The position numbers and the translations under genes are program-made. From Myxococcota bacterium (GTDB lineage: Bacteria > Myxococcota_A > UBA796 > SXON01): 64,000 nt of DNA. The stretch is from NCBI GenBank assembly GCA_040386535.1, contig JAZKFH010000009.1:1-64000 (forward strand), given 5' to 3'. The notes beneath the pieces were generated by a model. The model had not been told where the DNA came from. It made no database searches and was given only the letters and a program-made list of their open reading frames with translations. The number at the start of each line of letters is the position of its first letter. Within the stretch, counting starts at the first letter, position 1. This document shows positions 50,231-60,448 of this stretch, piece after piece.

Positions 50231-51829
50231 ATGAAGGTCTCCCTGATCAGCCCCTACCCGGACATCACGAACTACGGGCTCCGCTCGATTTCGTCGACGC
50301 TCCGCGCCGCCGGGCACACGACGCAGGTCGTCTGCATGCCCGACTTCGCGGGCGATGGCGAGAGCGTCCACGTCCGGATGTCCGAGGATCGGTACTCGCC
50401 CCAGGTGATCGAGCAGATGCTCGCGCTCGTGGCGGACTCCGACCTCGTGGGCGTCACGTTGATGACCCACTACTACGACTCGGCGCGCCAGATCACGAAG
50501 GCGATCCAGACCCACCTCGGCATTCCGGTCATCTGGGGCGGTTTCCACCCCTCGGTGCGCCCCGACGAGTGCGCGCGCCAGGCCGAGTACGTCGCCATCG
50601 GGGACGCGGAGGACCTGATGCTCCAACTCTGCGAGCGCCTCGAGAACGGCGACTCCCAGAAGCTGCACGGCATCAAGTCCCTGGTGTGGCGCAAGGGGCA
50701 GGACGTGATCCGCAACGCTCCCGGCTCGCTGGAGCAGGAGCTGGATCGGTACCCCGCGCCCGACTTCTCCCGCGAGGACCACCACATCCTGTTTGAAGGG
50801 CAGCTGATGCCCGTCAGCAAGGATCTCCTGCGGCGCTACCTGCACAACGGCACGGTGAGCCGCATGTTCGGCCGCACCGGGTACCAGACGATGACCGGCC
50901 GCGGGTGCCCGCACGCGTGCACCTACTGCGGCAACAGCTTCTACCGCGACCTCTACAAGCGCCAGCGGTACGTCCGCTTCCGCTCCGTCGAGCACGTGAT
51001 CGGCGAGCTCGAGGACGTGAAGCGCGAGTACCCGTTCATCGATTTCGTATGGTTCTCGGACGACTCGTTCTTCGGTCGCCCGCTCCCGGACCTGCTCGAC
51101 TTCGCCCACCAGTACAAGACCCGCGTGGGGGACCCGTTCTACCTGCTCGGTTCCCCCGGCACGATCACGGAGGAGAAATACTCCGCGCTCGTCGACGCGG
51201 GCCTGCACTGCATCCAGATGGGCGTGGAGCACGGAAGCAAGCGCATCCAGAAGCTCTTCAAGCGCTCGACGATGGGCAACGACAAGATCCTGAAGAGCGC
51301 CGAGATCATCACCAAGTTCACCGATCGCACGGCGCCGCCCCAGTACGACATCATCTACGATCTGGCGTACGAGACCATCGAGGACAAGCTCGACACCCTG
51401 CGCCTCGTCGCGGAGCTGCCGAAGCCCTACCGCCTCCAGGTCTTCTCGGTCATCTACTACCCGGGCACGTCGCTCCACACGCTCGCCGAGCGGGACGGCC
51501 TGGTGAACGACGAGAAGGCCGAGATCTACGACCGCATGTTCTTCGAGCGGCACGACAGCTACACGAATACGCTGCTCTTCCTGGCGCGGTCGGGGCGCTT
51601 CCCCCATCCCCTGCTCAAGGTGCTGATCGACCGGCGCGTGGTGGACGTGATGACCTCCGATTACATGGCGCCCGCGGGCAACGTCGCGCGGGCCGCCATC
51701 CACGCCTTGCGCCAGGCGCTGCGCAGCCCCGCGGTGGAACGCGCGAAGGCCCTTGGGACCTACCGGGCCCGCCTGGTCGGCATGACCGGCGCGGATGCTG
51801 GCGCAGCGGCGCCCGCGGCGGACGCGTAG
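50231..51829 (+). CDS. B12-binding domain radical SAM protein
   Basis: GGFHPS; GDAE; TGRGCPHACTYC (CxxxCxxC); RSVEHVI.E; SDDSF; GVEHGS; YPGT.L. Confidence 0.92.
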   Translation: MKVSLISPYPDITNYGLRSISSTLRAAGHTTQVVCMPDFAGDGESVHVRMSEDRYSPQVIEQMLALVADSDLVGVTLMTHYYDSARQITKAIQTHLGIPVIWGGFHPSVRPDECARQAEYVAIGDAEDLMLQLCERLENGDSQKLHGIKSLVWRKGQDVIRNAPGSLEQELDRYPAPDFSREDHHILFEGQLMPVSKDLLRRYLHNGTVSRMFGRTGYQTMTGRGCPHACTYCGNSFYRDLYKRQRYVRFRSVEHVIGELEDVKREYPFIDFVWFSDDSFFGRPLPDLLDFAHQYKTRVGDPFYLLGSPGTITEEKYSALVDAGLHCIQMGVEHGSKRIQKLFKRSTMGNDKILKSAEIITKFTDRTAPPQYDIIYDLAYETIEDKLDTLRLVAELPKPYRLQVFSVIYYPGTSLHTLAERDGLVNDEKAEIYDRMFFERHDSYTNTLLFLARSGRFPHPLLKVLIDRRVVDVMTSDYMAPAGNVARAAIHALRQALRSPAVERAKALGTYRARLVGMTGADAGAAAPAADA

Positions 51830-51879
51830 AGCCGCGATCCGTCGGCGCCGCGATGTCGCAGGTGCGTTAGGGATTGCCC

Positions 51880-52413
51880 ATGGAACCTGCGGTTCGAACC
51901 GTGAGCGTGAGCGTCGAACAAGCGGTCCCCGGGGACGCGCCGGCGATCCTCGCGCTCCACCGTCGCGTGCTCGCGGAGGGCGAGTGGTTCATCACCGAGC
52001 CTGACGAGTTCCCCGAGGGCGTCGACGCCAAGGTGGCCGTCATCCGAGAGGCCGCGCGTGCGGCGAACGGCGTGTTCCTCGTCGCGCGCCACGAGCACGC
52101 GCTCGTGGGGTGGGCGCAGGTCGTCGGGGGCGGGCGGCGGCGCACCCGCCACGTCGGCCGCATCGAGATGATGGTCGATGCGCGGGTCCGCGGGGTGGGC
52201 GTGGGGTCGGCGCTGCTTGCGGCCCTCGTCCACTGGGCGGAGGACAGCGGGACCATCAAGAAGCTCTCGTTGAACGTCTTCGCGCACAACACGCGCGCCT
52301 TGGCGCTCTATCGGAAGTTCGGCTTCGAAGAGGAGGGCCGGCGCATGCGCGAGTACCTGTTCGCCGACGGATCCTGGCGGGATGACGTCCTGATGTTCCG
52401 GCAAGTCAACTAG
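51880..52413 (+). CDS. GNAT-family acetyltransferase
   Basis: RGVGVGSALL; LNVFAHNTRALALYRKFGFEEEG. Confidence 0.92.
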   Translation: MEPAVRTVSVSVEQAVPGDAPAILALHRRVLAEGEWFITEPDEFPEGVDAKVAVIREAARAANGVFLVARHEHALVGWAQVVGGGRRRTRHVGRIEMMVDARVRGVGVGSALLAALVHWAEDSGTIKKLSLNVFAHNTRALALYRKFGFEEEGRRMREYLFADGSWRDDVLMFRQVN

Positions 52414-52416
52414 CGG

Positions 52417-53766
52417 TCATCCCTCGGGATCCCGCCACTCCGCCTCGCGCCGGTAGATGGTGCGCGCCGTGATGCCGAGCAGGTTGGCCGCCAACGAACG
52501 GTCGCCGTTGCACTGGCGGAGCGTCGCCTCGATCATCCGCCGCTCCACATCGCGCAGCGGGGTGCCCGGAGTGAAGATGAGGCGGGGGACCTCGTTGATG
52601 TTCGAGGCGGCCGCGCGGATGGCGGGGGGGAGATCTCCGAGCCGCACCACATCCTCGCGGGAGAGCACGGCCGCGCGCTCCATCGCGTTCTCCAGCTCGC
52701 GCACGTTTCCCGGCCAGGCGTGGCGCTCGAGTGCGGCGAGGGCTTCGGGCTCGAGGCCGCGGAGCACGCGTCCGTTCCGGGCGCCGTGGGTGGAGGCGAA
52801 GTGGCGTGCCAACAGGGCGATGTCGGCGCGGCGCTCTCGGAGTGCCGGCACGTGCAGGCGGATCACGTTCAGCCGGTAGTAGAGGTCGGACCGGAGGCGC
52901 CCCTCGGCCACCGCTTGCTCCGGATCCCGATTGGTCGCCGCGACGACGCGCACCTCGGTGCGGATGGTCTTGGTGCCGCCGAGCCGCTCGTACTCGCCGT
53001 CCTGGAGGACACGGAGCAGCTTCACCTGCAAGGGCAGCGGCATCTCCGTGACCTCGTCGAGGAAGATCGTCCCGCCCGAGGCGAGGTCGAAGCGCCCTTC
53101 CTTGCGCCCGTGCGCCCCGGTGAACGCGCCGGCCTCGTACCCGAACAGCTCGCTCTCGAGGAGGTTCTCGGGGAGCGCCCCGCAGTTCACCGTCACGAGC
53201 CTGCCTGGGCGTGCGCTCACGGTGTGGATCCACCGCGCCAGGAGCCCCTTGCCCGTGCCGCTCTCGCCCGTGAGGAGGACCGATGCCATGGACGGCGCCA
53301 CCTGTCGGGCCTCCTCCATCAGCGCGCGGAGCTCGCCCGACTGGCCGATCAGCTCGCCGGGCGAGGCCTGCGCGATCTCCTGCCTCAACCGCAGGTTTTC
53401 TCGGAGCAGATCGTGCTTCTCCAGCGCCTTGCGCACCGAGGCGATGACCTCCGTTCGCCGCAGGGGCTTGGTGACGAAGTCGTACGCGCCCTCCTTCATC
53501 GCCTCGACGGCGCTCTCGACCGTGCCGTAGGCAGTCACCAGGATGACCTGCACCTGCGGCGCCACCTGACGCGTGGCACGGAGCAGCTCGAGGCCGCCCA
53601 TGCCCGGCATCTTCAGGTCGCTCACGACGACGCCGATCTCACCTTCCCGAAGGATCTCGAGGCCCTGGCGGCCGTCGACCGCGACTCGTACCGGCCACCC
53701 CTCGCGGGCGAAGATGCGTTCGAGCGCCAGCCGGTTTGACTCTTCGTCGTCGATGACCAGGATCAT
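52417..53766 (-). CDS. Sigma54-dependent response regulator (NtrC family)
   Basis: Receiver (IDDE, SDLKMP, TAYG, KP); GESGTGKG; ESELFG; GAFTGA; WPGNVREL; Fis-type HTH. Confidence 0.96.
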   Translation of the reverse strand: MILVIDDEESNRLALERIFAREGWPVRVAVDGRQGLEILREGEIGVVVSDLKMPGMGGLELLRATRQVAPQVQVILVTAYGTVESAVEAMKEGAYDFVTKPLRRTEVIASVRKALEKHDLLRENLRLRQEIAQASPGELIGQSGELRALMEEARQVAPSMASVLLTGESGTGKGLLARWIHTVSARPGRLVTVNCGALPENLLESELFGYEAGAFTGAHGRKEGRFDLASGGTIFLDEVTEMPLPLQVKLLRVLQDGEYERLGGTKTIRTEVRVVAATNRDPEQAVAEGRLRSDLYYRLNVIRLHVPALRERRADIALLARHFASTHGARNGRVLRGLEPEALAALERHAWPGNVRELENAMERAAVLSREDVVRLGDLPPAIRAAASNINEVPRLIFTPGTPLRDVERRMIEATLRQCNGDRSLAANLLGITARTIYRREAEWRDPEG

Positions 53767-53796
53767 CAGACAAGGTGTCTCACGGCTGACATCCTG

Positions 53797-55458
53797 TCAA
53801 GCCGGAACCCGGATGCGGAAGGTCGTCCCCGCGCCGGGCGTGGTCTCGCACGTGATCGATCCGCCGAGATCCTCCAACGACTGCCGCGCGATCGCGAGGC
53901 CGAGACCCGTCCCGCGCGCGCGCGTGGAGTAGAAGGGGTCGAACACCCGATCGGCGACCTCCTGCTCCATCCCCGGCCCGTCGTCGCGGACCGCGAACAC
54001 CAGTGAGCCGGCCTCCCGGTGTACGTCGATGCCGATGTGCCGGGCGCCCGCTTCTCCCGCGTTCCGCACGAGGTTGAGCAGGGCGCGGCGCACCGTGTCT
54101 CCGTCCATCTCGACGGTGCCGACCGGGCCTCCGGTGACCTCGGCCGTCACTCCGGCGCGGCGGAGTCCCTCCTCCTCGAGCCCCACGATGCCTCGCGCGA
54201 GGGCCATGGGATCTTCGGGCGACGTCTCGGGGAGCCGGCGCCTCGCGAGGTCGAGGTACCGTTCCGTGACACCCTCGAGCCGCCGGATCTCGGTGATGAT
54301 GGTGGCGAGCAACGAGGTCGCCTCCTCAGTGTCGATCTCCTCCATCATCAGTTCGGCGTGCAGGGAGATGGCGTTGAGCGGGTTGCGCACCTCGTGCGTG
54401 ACCTGGGCGAGCATCTGGCCGACGAGGGCCAACCGCTCGCTGCGCTGCAGGCGCTCACGATCGCGTTGGCGCTCGGTCACGTCCTCGCCGAGAAGGATGG
54501 TCCCCTTGGCGTCGAAAGGGCGCACCGTCACGTCCTGAAGCCGCTCCCCGAAGAGCAGGTTCTCGTGGCGCCCATGGTCGAGCTGGGCGAGCGCCTCGGG
54601 GAGCGGAGCGCCCTCTTGAAGTCCCCACAAGCCGCGCGCCGCGGGGTTGGCCATGCGGACGACCCCGCCCTCGACGACGGCGACGGCGGCCGCGAGGTTG
54701 TCGAGGACCCGCTGGAGGTAGAGTGAGAGCGCGTGGAGGTTGCGGTCGCGCTCGTCCACGGCGCGCACCATCTGGTCGAACGCGTTGGCGAGCGTATGGA
54801 TCTCCTCGATCGTCGGGGCGGGCATGGGGCCCGGCCGCTCCCCCGCGGCCACGCGCCGCACCTGCTCCGTGAGGGTCGAGATGGGCCGCAGGGCGGACCC
54901 GGTGAGCCACAGGAGCAGGGCGCCGAGCAGCGCCGCGAACCCCAAGAGCGCGGCGGAGACGTTGCGCGCCCGGGTCTGGGCAGAGGCGGCCTTCTGGCTG
55001 GACGCGGCCACACGTCCCTCGACGAGGGTGGAGAGCTGGAGGATCTTGTTGCGGAGCGCGGAGCGGGCGGTCCCTTCGGTCTCGGTGCCGGCCGCCACTC
55101 GCCAGGATTGCAAGGCCGCGCCGATGTCCTCGATCTGACGGGCGGTCGCCCGCAAGGCGGCGCGCTCCTCACTGTCCGGGCGCAGGTTGGCGGTGCTGGA
55201 AGCCAGACGGCTCGCTTCGGCGAGGGTGGTGTCCAGGGTTCCCATGCCCGCGCGTTCCCGCTCGATGAGCCCCACCATCCGTGCCGATTGGCGTGCCAGC
55301 GGCAGGTAGATCTGGTTCACGACCTCGAGCGAGGCTCCGATACGGCTGAGCTGCACTTGGTTGTAGGCAAGGGCGGCCAGGAAGCAGAGCACGCCCAGCG
55401 CGAGCCCTCCGAGGAGCCGCCCCCGAAGCGTGCGGAACCAGACGCGCTTCACTGTCAC
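53797..55458 (-). CDS. Membrane sensor histidine kinase (HAMP, PAS-like, HisKA, HATPase)
   Basis: Two TMs; THEVRNPLN; NLVRNA; DDGPG; FDPFYST; GTGLGL. Confidence 0.93.
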   Translation of the reverse strand: MTVKRVWFRTLRGRLLGGLALGVLCFLAALAYNQVQLSRIGASLEVVNQIYLPLARQSARMVGLIERERAGMGTLDTTLAEASRLASSTANLRPDSEERAALRATARQIEDIGAALQSWRVAAGTETEGTARSALRNKILQLSTLVEGRVAASSQKAASAQTRARNVSAALLGFAALLGALLLWLTGSALRPISTLTEQVRRVAAGERPGPMPAPTIEEIHTLANAFDQMVRAVDERDRNLHALSLYLQRVLDNLAAAVAVVEGGVVRMANPAARGLWGLQEGAPLPEALAQLDHGRHENLLFGERLQDVTVRPFDAKGTILLGEDVTERQRDRERLQRSERLALVGQMLAQVTHEVRNPLNAISLHAELMMEEIDTEEATSLLATIITEIRRLEGVTERYLDLARRRLPETSPEDPMALARGIVGLEEEGLRRAGVTAEVTGGPVGTVEMDGDTVRRALLNLVRNAGEAGARHIGIDVHREAGSLVFAVRDDGPGMEQEVADRVFDPFYSTRARGTGLGLAIARQSLEDLGGSITCETTPGAGTTFRIRVPA

Positions 55459-55589
55459 CCCCGTCGCCGGCTAACGTGCCTCACAGGCGCCGCGCTGTCG
55501 CGCACTGTCACGGGCCGCCCCACGCTGCTTGCGGGGTAGGCGGTTTGTGATACACAGCGGCGGTTCCGCGCCCCAGTGCTGGAGGAAGG

Positions 55590-56651
55590 ATGATTTCGAT
55601 GCGTTCCGTGCTGCTCTCTCTCTGTCTTCTTGGTGTCGTCGCTTGTGACGGCGCCGACTCCGGCGCGAAGGACGCGACCGTCAGCCCCGGCGGGTCGCCG
55701 GCCGACCTCGGGGAAACCCTCGCCACGGTCAACGGCGTGGTCGTCGGCTCCAAGGAGTTCGAGCAGGCTGCGGCGCGCAAGGCTCCCGCCAGCGGGGACG
55801 CCCTCTCGGCCGAAGAGAAGAAGGAAGTCCTCGACGCCCTCGTCGAAGAGAAGCTCCTGTACGCGGAAGCCCTTCGCAAGGGCCTCGATCGGGACCCCAA
55901 GGTCCAGAAGGTGATGGTCAACACGCTCCTCCGCGAGGACGTGTACAGCACCGTCAAGAACGGCGACTTCAACGACGAGATGCTCCAGACCTACTACGAA
56001 GAGCACAAGAGCGAGTTCGTGGTCCCCGAGAAGGTGCAGATCAAGCGCATCCTCATCAAGGTGACGGACGCCCGCCCCGACGACGCGGCGAAGGCGGAAG
56101 CCGAGCGCATCCGCGGCGACATCGTCAAGACCCCGGACAGCTTCAAGGACCTCGCGGCCAAGTTCTCCGAGGATCCGTACAAGCGTCGCGGTGGCGACGT
56201 GGGCTTCGTGTCCAAGGAAGGCAAGCCGGGCCTCGATGCGGCCATCGTGGACAAGGCGTTCTCCCTCGAGACCGGCGCTGTGTCCGAGGTCTTCAAGACC
56301 ACCGACGGCTACAACGTCGTCCAGGTGGCGGCCCGCCGCGAGCAGGTCGAGCGCACCTTCCAGCAGATGAAGGGCTCGGTCCTCCGCAAGGTCAAGAACG
56401 ACAAGATGAAGGAGCTCTACGACGGCTACGTCTCCAAGCTCAAGACGGGCGCGACCATCAAGATCGACGAGACCAAGCTCGCGGCGGTCGAGATCAAGAA
56501 CAGCCGCCGTCCCTTCACCCCCGGCAGCGGCCTCCCCGGCGCCGGCGAAGAAGGCGAGGAAGGCCTCGAAGCCGGTGTCGAGGACGAAGGCGCCGGGATG
56601 CCGGCCGTCCCCGCGGGCGCCGGTGCTCCTCCCGCCGAGCCCGGGAAGTAG
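55590..56651 (+). CDS. Parvulin-type peptidyl-prolyl isomerase lipoprotein (PrsA-like)
   Basis: VVAC lipobox; LATVNG; FKDLAAKFSEDP...RGGDVGF; SEVFKT..GY. Confidence 0.88.
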   Translation: MISMRSVLLSLCLLGVVACDGADSGAKDATVSPGGSPADLGETLATVNGVVVGSKEFEQAAARKAPASGDALSAEEKKEVLDALVEEKLLYAEALRKGLDRDPKVQKVMVNTLLREDVYSTVKNGDFNDEMLQTYYEEHKSEFVVPEKVQIKRILIKVTDARPDDAAKAEAERIRGDIVKTPDSFKDLAAKFSEDPYKRRGGDVGFVSKEGKPGLDAAIVDKAFSLETGAVSEVFKTTDGYNVVQVAARREQVERTFQQMKGSVLRKVKNDKMKELYDGYVSKLKTGATIKIDETKLAAVEIKNSRRPFTPGSGLPGAGEEGEEGLEAGVEDEGAGMPAVPAGAGAPPAEPGK

Positions 56652-56657
56652 GGTCCG

Positions 56658-57737
56658 ATGACGCTCGTCCTTCTGCTCTTGACGGTGGCCGGGTTCGCGG
56701 CGGCGCAAGAAACGCCGCCCGCCGAGCCGGCTCCCGCCCCGAGCAAGGAGGAGCCAGCGGTTGCTCCGGCGCCTGTCGCGGCGGATGCGCCGGTCGCCTC
56801 GGTCGCAGGCACGGTCGTCGATCGTGTCGCCGCGGTCGTCAACGAGGACATCATCACCCTGAGCGAGGTCTACGCCTTCGGCGGGTCCTACATCTCGGAG
56901 GTGATCGCGGCCCGGGGTCCGGACAGCCGGGCAGCCGCCGAAGCCGAGGTGTTGGAGCGCCTGCTCGAACGCCGGCTCGTCGAGCAGGAGATGGCCGCCC
57001 TGAAGCTCGACCTCGTCGATTCGGACGTCGATCGCTCGATCTCCGAGATCGCCGAGCGCAACGGGATGGACATCGACGCGCTCCGCAAGGAGGTCGAACG
57101 CAGCGGCATGGCATGGGACCAGTACCGCAACGAGCTCAAGGAGAACCTGCGGGACATGAAGTTCGCGCAGACCGTTCTCCGCCCGCGGGTGAACGTCACG
57201 GAGGACGAGCTTCGCGACGCCTGGCTGCGTGCCGCTCCCGCGGCGCCCGCGTCCTCGCGTGTACAGGCTCTCGTTCTCGCGATTCCGCCCGGGGCGACCG
57301 AGGCCGAACGTGAGGCCGTCGTGGCCCGCGCCCGGGCCCTCCGGGACGAGGCGCGGGCCGGGGGTGACTTCGCCGCGCTGTCGCGCGCCAACGATCAGGG
57401 TCCCTTCGGCGAGCAGGGCGGAGAGATGGGCGTGTTCAAGGCCGGCGAGCTCGTCGACACGCTGGACAACGTCATCGTCAACACTCCCGTGGGGGAGGTG
57501 AGCGAGCCCATCGTCATCGGCGACGGTGTCTACCTGCTGCGTGTGGCGGAGCGGATCGAGGGCGCGAACGACTTCGAAGCCCGCCGCGGGGAGGTCTCCG
57601 AGCAGGTGTTCCAGTCCCGCCTCGAGGACGAGAAGGAGCGTTGGTTTCAGGAGGCTCGGCGCCGTGCGGTCGTCCGGATCCTGCTCCCTGGAGCGCCCAA
57701 GGCGGGCGTGAGCCCCGGGGCCGCCCCCTCGCGATGA
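56658..57737 (+). CDS. surA: SurA-like chaperone/PPIase
   Basis: VVDRVAAVVNEDIITLSE; DFAAL; GGEMG; VSEP; directly upstream of pdxA. Confidence 0.8.
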   Translation: MTLVLLLLTVAGFAAAQETPPAEPAPAPSKEEPAVAPAPVAADAPVASVAGTVVDRVAAVVNEDIITLSEVYAFGGSYISEVIAARGPDSRAAAEAEVLERLLERRLVEQEMAALKLDLVDSDVDRSISEIAERNGMDIDALRKEVERSGMAWDQYRNELKENLRDMKFAQTVLRPRVNVTEDELRDAWLRAAPAAPASSRVQALVLAIPPGATEAEREAVVARARALRDEARAGGDFAALSRANDQGPFGEQGGEMGVFKAGELVDTLDNVIVNTPVGEVSEPIVIGDGVYLLRVAERIEGANDFEARRGEVSEQVFQSRLEDEKERWFQEARRRAVVRILLPGAPKAGVSPGAAPSR

Positions 57738-58645
57738 GCCCGCGCCCGCTGGTGCTGACCCCCGGCGATCCGTTGGGGATCGGCCCGGAAGTCGCGATTC
57801 GTGCGCTGCGCGCGACGGGCGCGGACGCCGTGCTGCTAGGCGATGTCGACGCGTTACGACGTTTTGCTCCGGATCTTGTCGTCGTTCGTGACATCGAGCC
57901 GGGCACCGGTATTCGGGCGCTGCTTCTGCCCGCATCGTCCGAGCCTGTCGAGGTCGTCGCCATCCGGGTGGCGGTCGACGCATGCCGCGCCGGCCGGGCA
58001 CGGGCGATGGTCACGGGGCCCATCCACAAGGCACGTCTGGCGGCGCGCGGCTTCGGCTACCCAGGGCACACCGAGTTTCTCGGCATGTTGTGTGGGGTGG
58101 AAGAGCCGGTCATGGCGTTCGTCGGAGGTTCGGTTCGTGTGGCGTTGGTGACCGTGCATCTTCCGCTCCGGGAGGTGCCCGCTGCTGTCACGCGCGCGAA
58201 GGTGCTCCACACCCTGCGTTTGGCGGACCAGGCCCTGCGGGAGCGCCTGGGCTTCGCGCGCCCACGCCTCGCGGTGTGTGGTCTCAATCCGCACGCCGGC
58301 GACTCGGGCCTGTTGGGTCGCGAGGAGATCGATGTCATCGGGCCAGCCTGCGCGGACGCCCGCGCGGAGGGCATCGACGTCCGGGGGCCCATCAGCGCGG
58401 AGACCGCCTTCTTCGAGGCGGATCATTCCGATATGGTCGTGGCGATGTACCACGATCAGGGGTTGGCCCCGCTCAAGCGGCTCGACTTCGGACGATCCGT
58501 GAATTGGACGCTCGGGCTGCCCATCGTGCGCACGAGTGTCGACCACGGCACGGCAGACGCGTTGGTCGGCACCGGAAAGGCCAGCCCGTCGAGCATGGAG
58601 GCCGCGATCCAACTCGCGCTCCAGCTCACGTCGGCGCAGGCCTAG
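57734..58645 (+). CDS. pdxA: 4-hydroxythreonine-4-phosphate dehydrogenase
   Basis: GDPLGIGPE; TGPIHK; GHTEFL; GLNPHAG; AMYHDQG; RTSVDHGTA. Confidence 0.95.
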   Translation: MSPRPLVLTPGDPLGIGPEVAIRALRATGADAVLLGDVDALRRFAPDLVVVRDIEPGTGIRALLLPASSEPVEVVAIRVAVDACRAGRARAMVTGPIHKARLAARGFGYPGHTEFLGMLCGVEEPVMAFVGGSVRVALVTVHLPLREVPAAVTRAKVLHTLRLADQALRERLGFARPRLAVCGLNPHAGDSGLLGREEIDVIGPACADARAEGIDVRGPISAETAFFEADHSDMVVAMYHDQGLAPLKRLDFGRSVNWTLGLPIVRTSVDHGTADALVGTGKASPSSMEAAIQLALQLTSAQA

Positions 58646-59161
58646 TCGGTCTCCAGCACTTCGGCGCAGCTCGCGCCGGCGGACCACGTGGCCCAACGCT
58701 CGGGGGCCACGCCGAAGGCCCTGCAATCGGCCTCCTCCGCGCCGTCTCGGGTGAACACCCGTAAGATCCCCGTCAGGTCGGCCTCCCCGCAGTTGAAGAC
58801 GGTCGAGCTCCCGAGGACCACGTCGTGCCAGTCGGGCACGATGGAGAGGGTCAGATCGAGCGTGTCCGACGTGCCGTCGGCTTCGGCTGACCGGGAGTAG
58901 AGGGGATGGCGCTCGACGTACACCCCGTCCGTCGAGAGGAGCACCTGCCCGTTTCCGGTCCACGCGTCCGTCCTCACGTCGAACCGCCACAAGGCGTCTA
59001 CGGTGGCACATTCGGCGCTCGCGGAGGTCATCGCCGGCGGGCGGGTCGTGGGTTCGATGCCGGTGTCGGCATCCTTGCCGCCGGTGCAGCCGACCAAAAC
59101 GAGCGCGGCGCAGGTCCGGAAGTTCCGGACCTGCGCCGCGCCGATAGAACCGATGTCCGAA

Positions 59162-59169
<8 letters not shown>
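58642..59169 (-). CDS. Hypothetical lipoprotein (paralogue C of tandem triplet; start uncertain)
   Basis: VLVGC lipobox; YVERH, SSTV and DC..FG motifs shared with the two upstream genes. Confidence 0.65.
59103..59141. repeat. Perfect inverted repeat, 19-bp arms with 1-nt spacer
   Basis: gcgcggcgcaggtccggaa-g-ttccggacctgcgccgcgc. Confidence 0.95.
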
Positions 59170-59704
<535 letters not shown>

Positions 59705-59782
59705 TTTTCTCCTCCAGAGAATAGCCGTGATGCTTTACACCATTTCTACCGGTGGCGCAAGTGGCTGAGCTGGAGGTTCGTC

Positions 59783-59816
59783 AAAACGCCAAAGGGGGAG
59801 GGCTGGGCCCTCCCCC
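59783..59816 (-). terminator. Rho-independent terminator after paralogue A
   Basis: Minus strand: gggggagggc-cca-gccctccccc-tttggcgtttt. Confidence 0.7.
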
Positions 59817-59824
59817 GGGGGGTG

Positions 59825-60352
59825 CTACCAGAAGTTGGAGCAGGAGTCCGAGAAGTATTCGGGGTTGTGACCGTAGGCGACGCAGTCGGCGTAGTTGTTG
59901 TCCGAGTCGGTCACGGTGAAGAGCACGGTGAGATTGTTGGAGATGTCCCCGTTGTTCAGGTCGAGGATCGTGCTCTGGTTCTGGACCTGGTTCGCGAAGC
60001 TGTCGACGAGGTCGAGGTTGATGGCCTTCGTCTCCGTCGTGTCGGTGAAGTCCACGAGCTCGAACTCGTCGTGGTACTCGGTCCAGAAGCCTTCGGGCGA
60101 GCAGTTCGGGTTGCTGACGCACGAGCCGGACGAGTCGCCGGTCTCGGCGAGATCCATCTCGACGACGCCCATCTCGCCGATGGTCGTGACTTCCCACGTG
60201 CACACGGTGCCGGCGCAGGTGCCGCTCACCGCGTCCACGACCACGTCGCCGCTGGCGCCGCACGCCGTGTCGCCGGTGTCACACTTGCCGCCACCGTCGC
60301 AACCAGTGAGGGAGAACGCGGCCGCGGCGCCGAGGAGCAGTAAGGTTTTCAT
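59825..60352 (-). CDS. Hypothetical lipoprotein (paralogue A)
   Basis: MKTLLLLGAAAAFSLTGC lipobox; AETGD, WTEYHD, QSTI, DC..YGH...YFS..C. Confidence 0.85.
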   Translation of the reverse strand: MKTLLLLGAAAAFSLTGCDGGGKCDTGDTACGASGDVVVDAVSGTCAGTVCTWEVTTIGEMGVVEMDLAETGDSSGSCVSNPNCSPEGFWTEYHDEFELVDFTDTTETKAINLDLVDSFANQVQNQSTILDLNNGDISNNLTVLFTVTDSDNNYADCVAYGHNPEYFSDSCSNFW

Positions 60353-60419
60353 GGGGGAGTCCATCCTTGTGAGGGTGAGTGCAGGCAACGCCCCCCTCTT
60401 GACCGAGGGGTGCGAAGTA

Positions 60420-60448
60420 ACTGTAAGCACGCTCCGGATGAGCTTCAA
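60420..60448 (-). promoter_or_regulatory. Putative promoter TTGAAG-N17-TACAGT for lipoprotein paralogue A
   Basis: Reverse complement of 60420-60448; overlaps the hflX stop. Confidence 0.45.
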
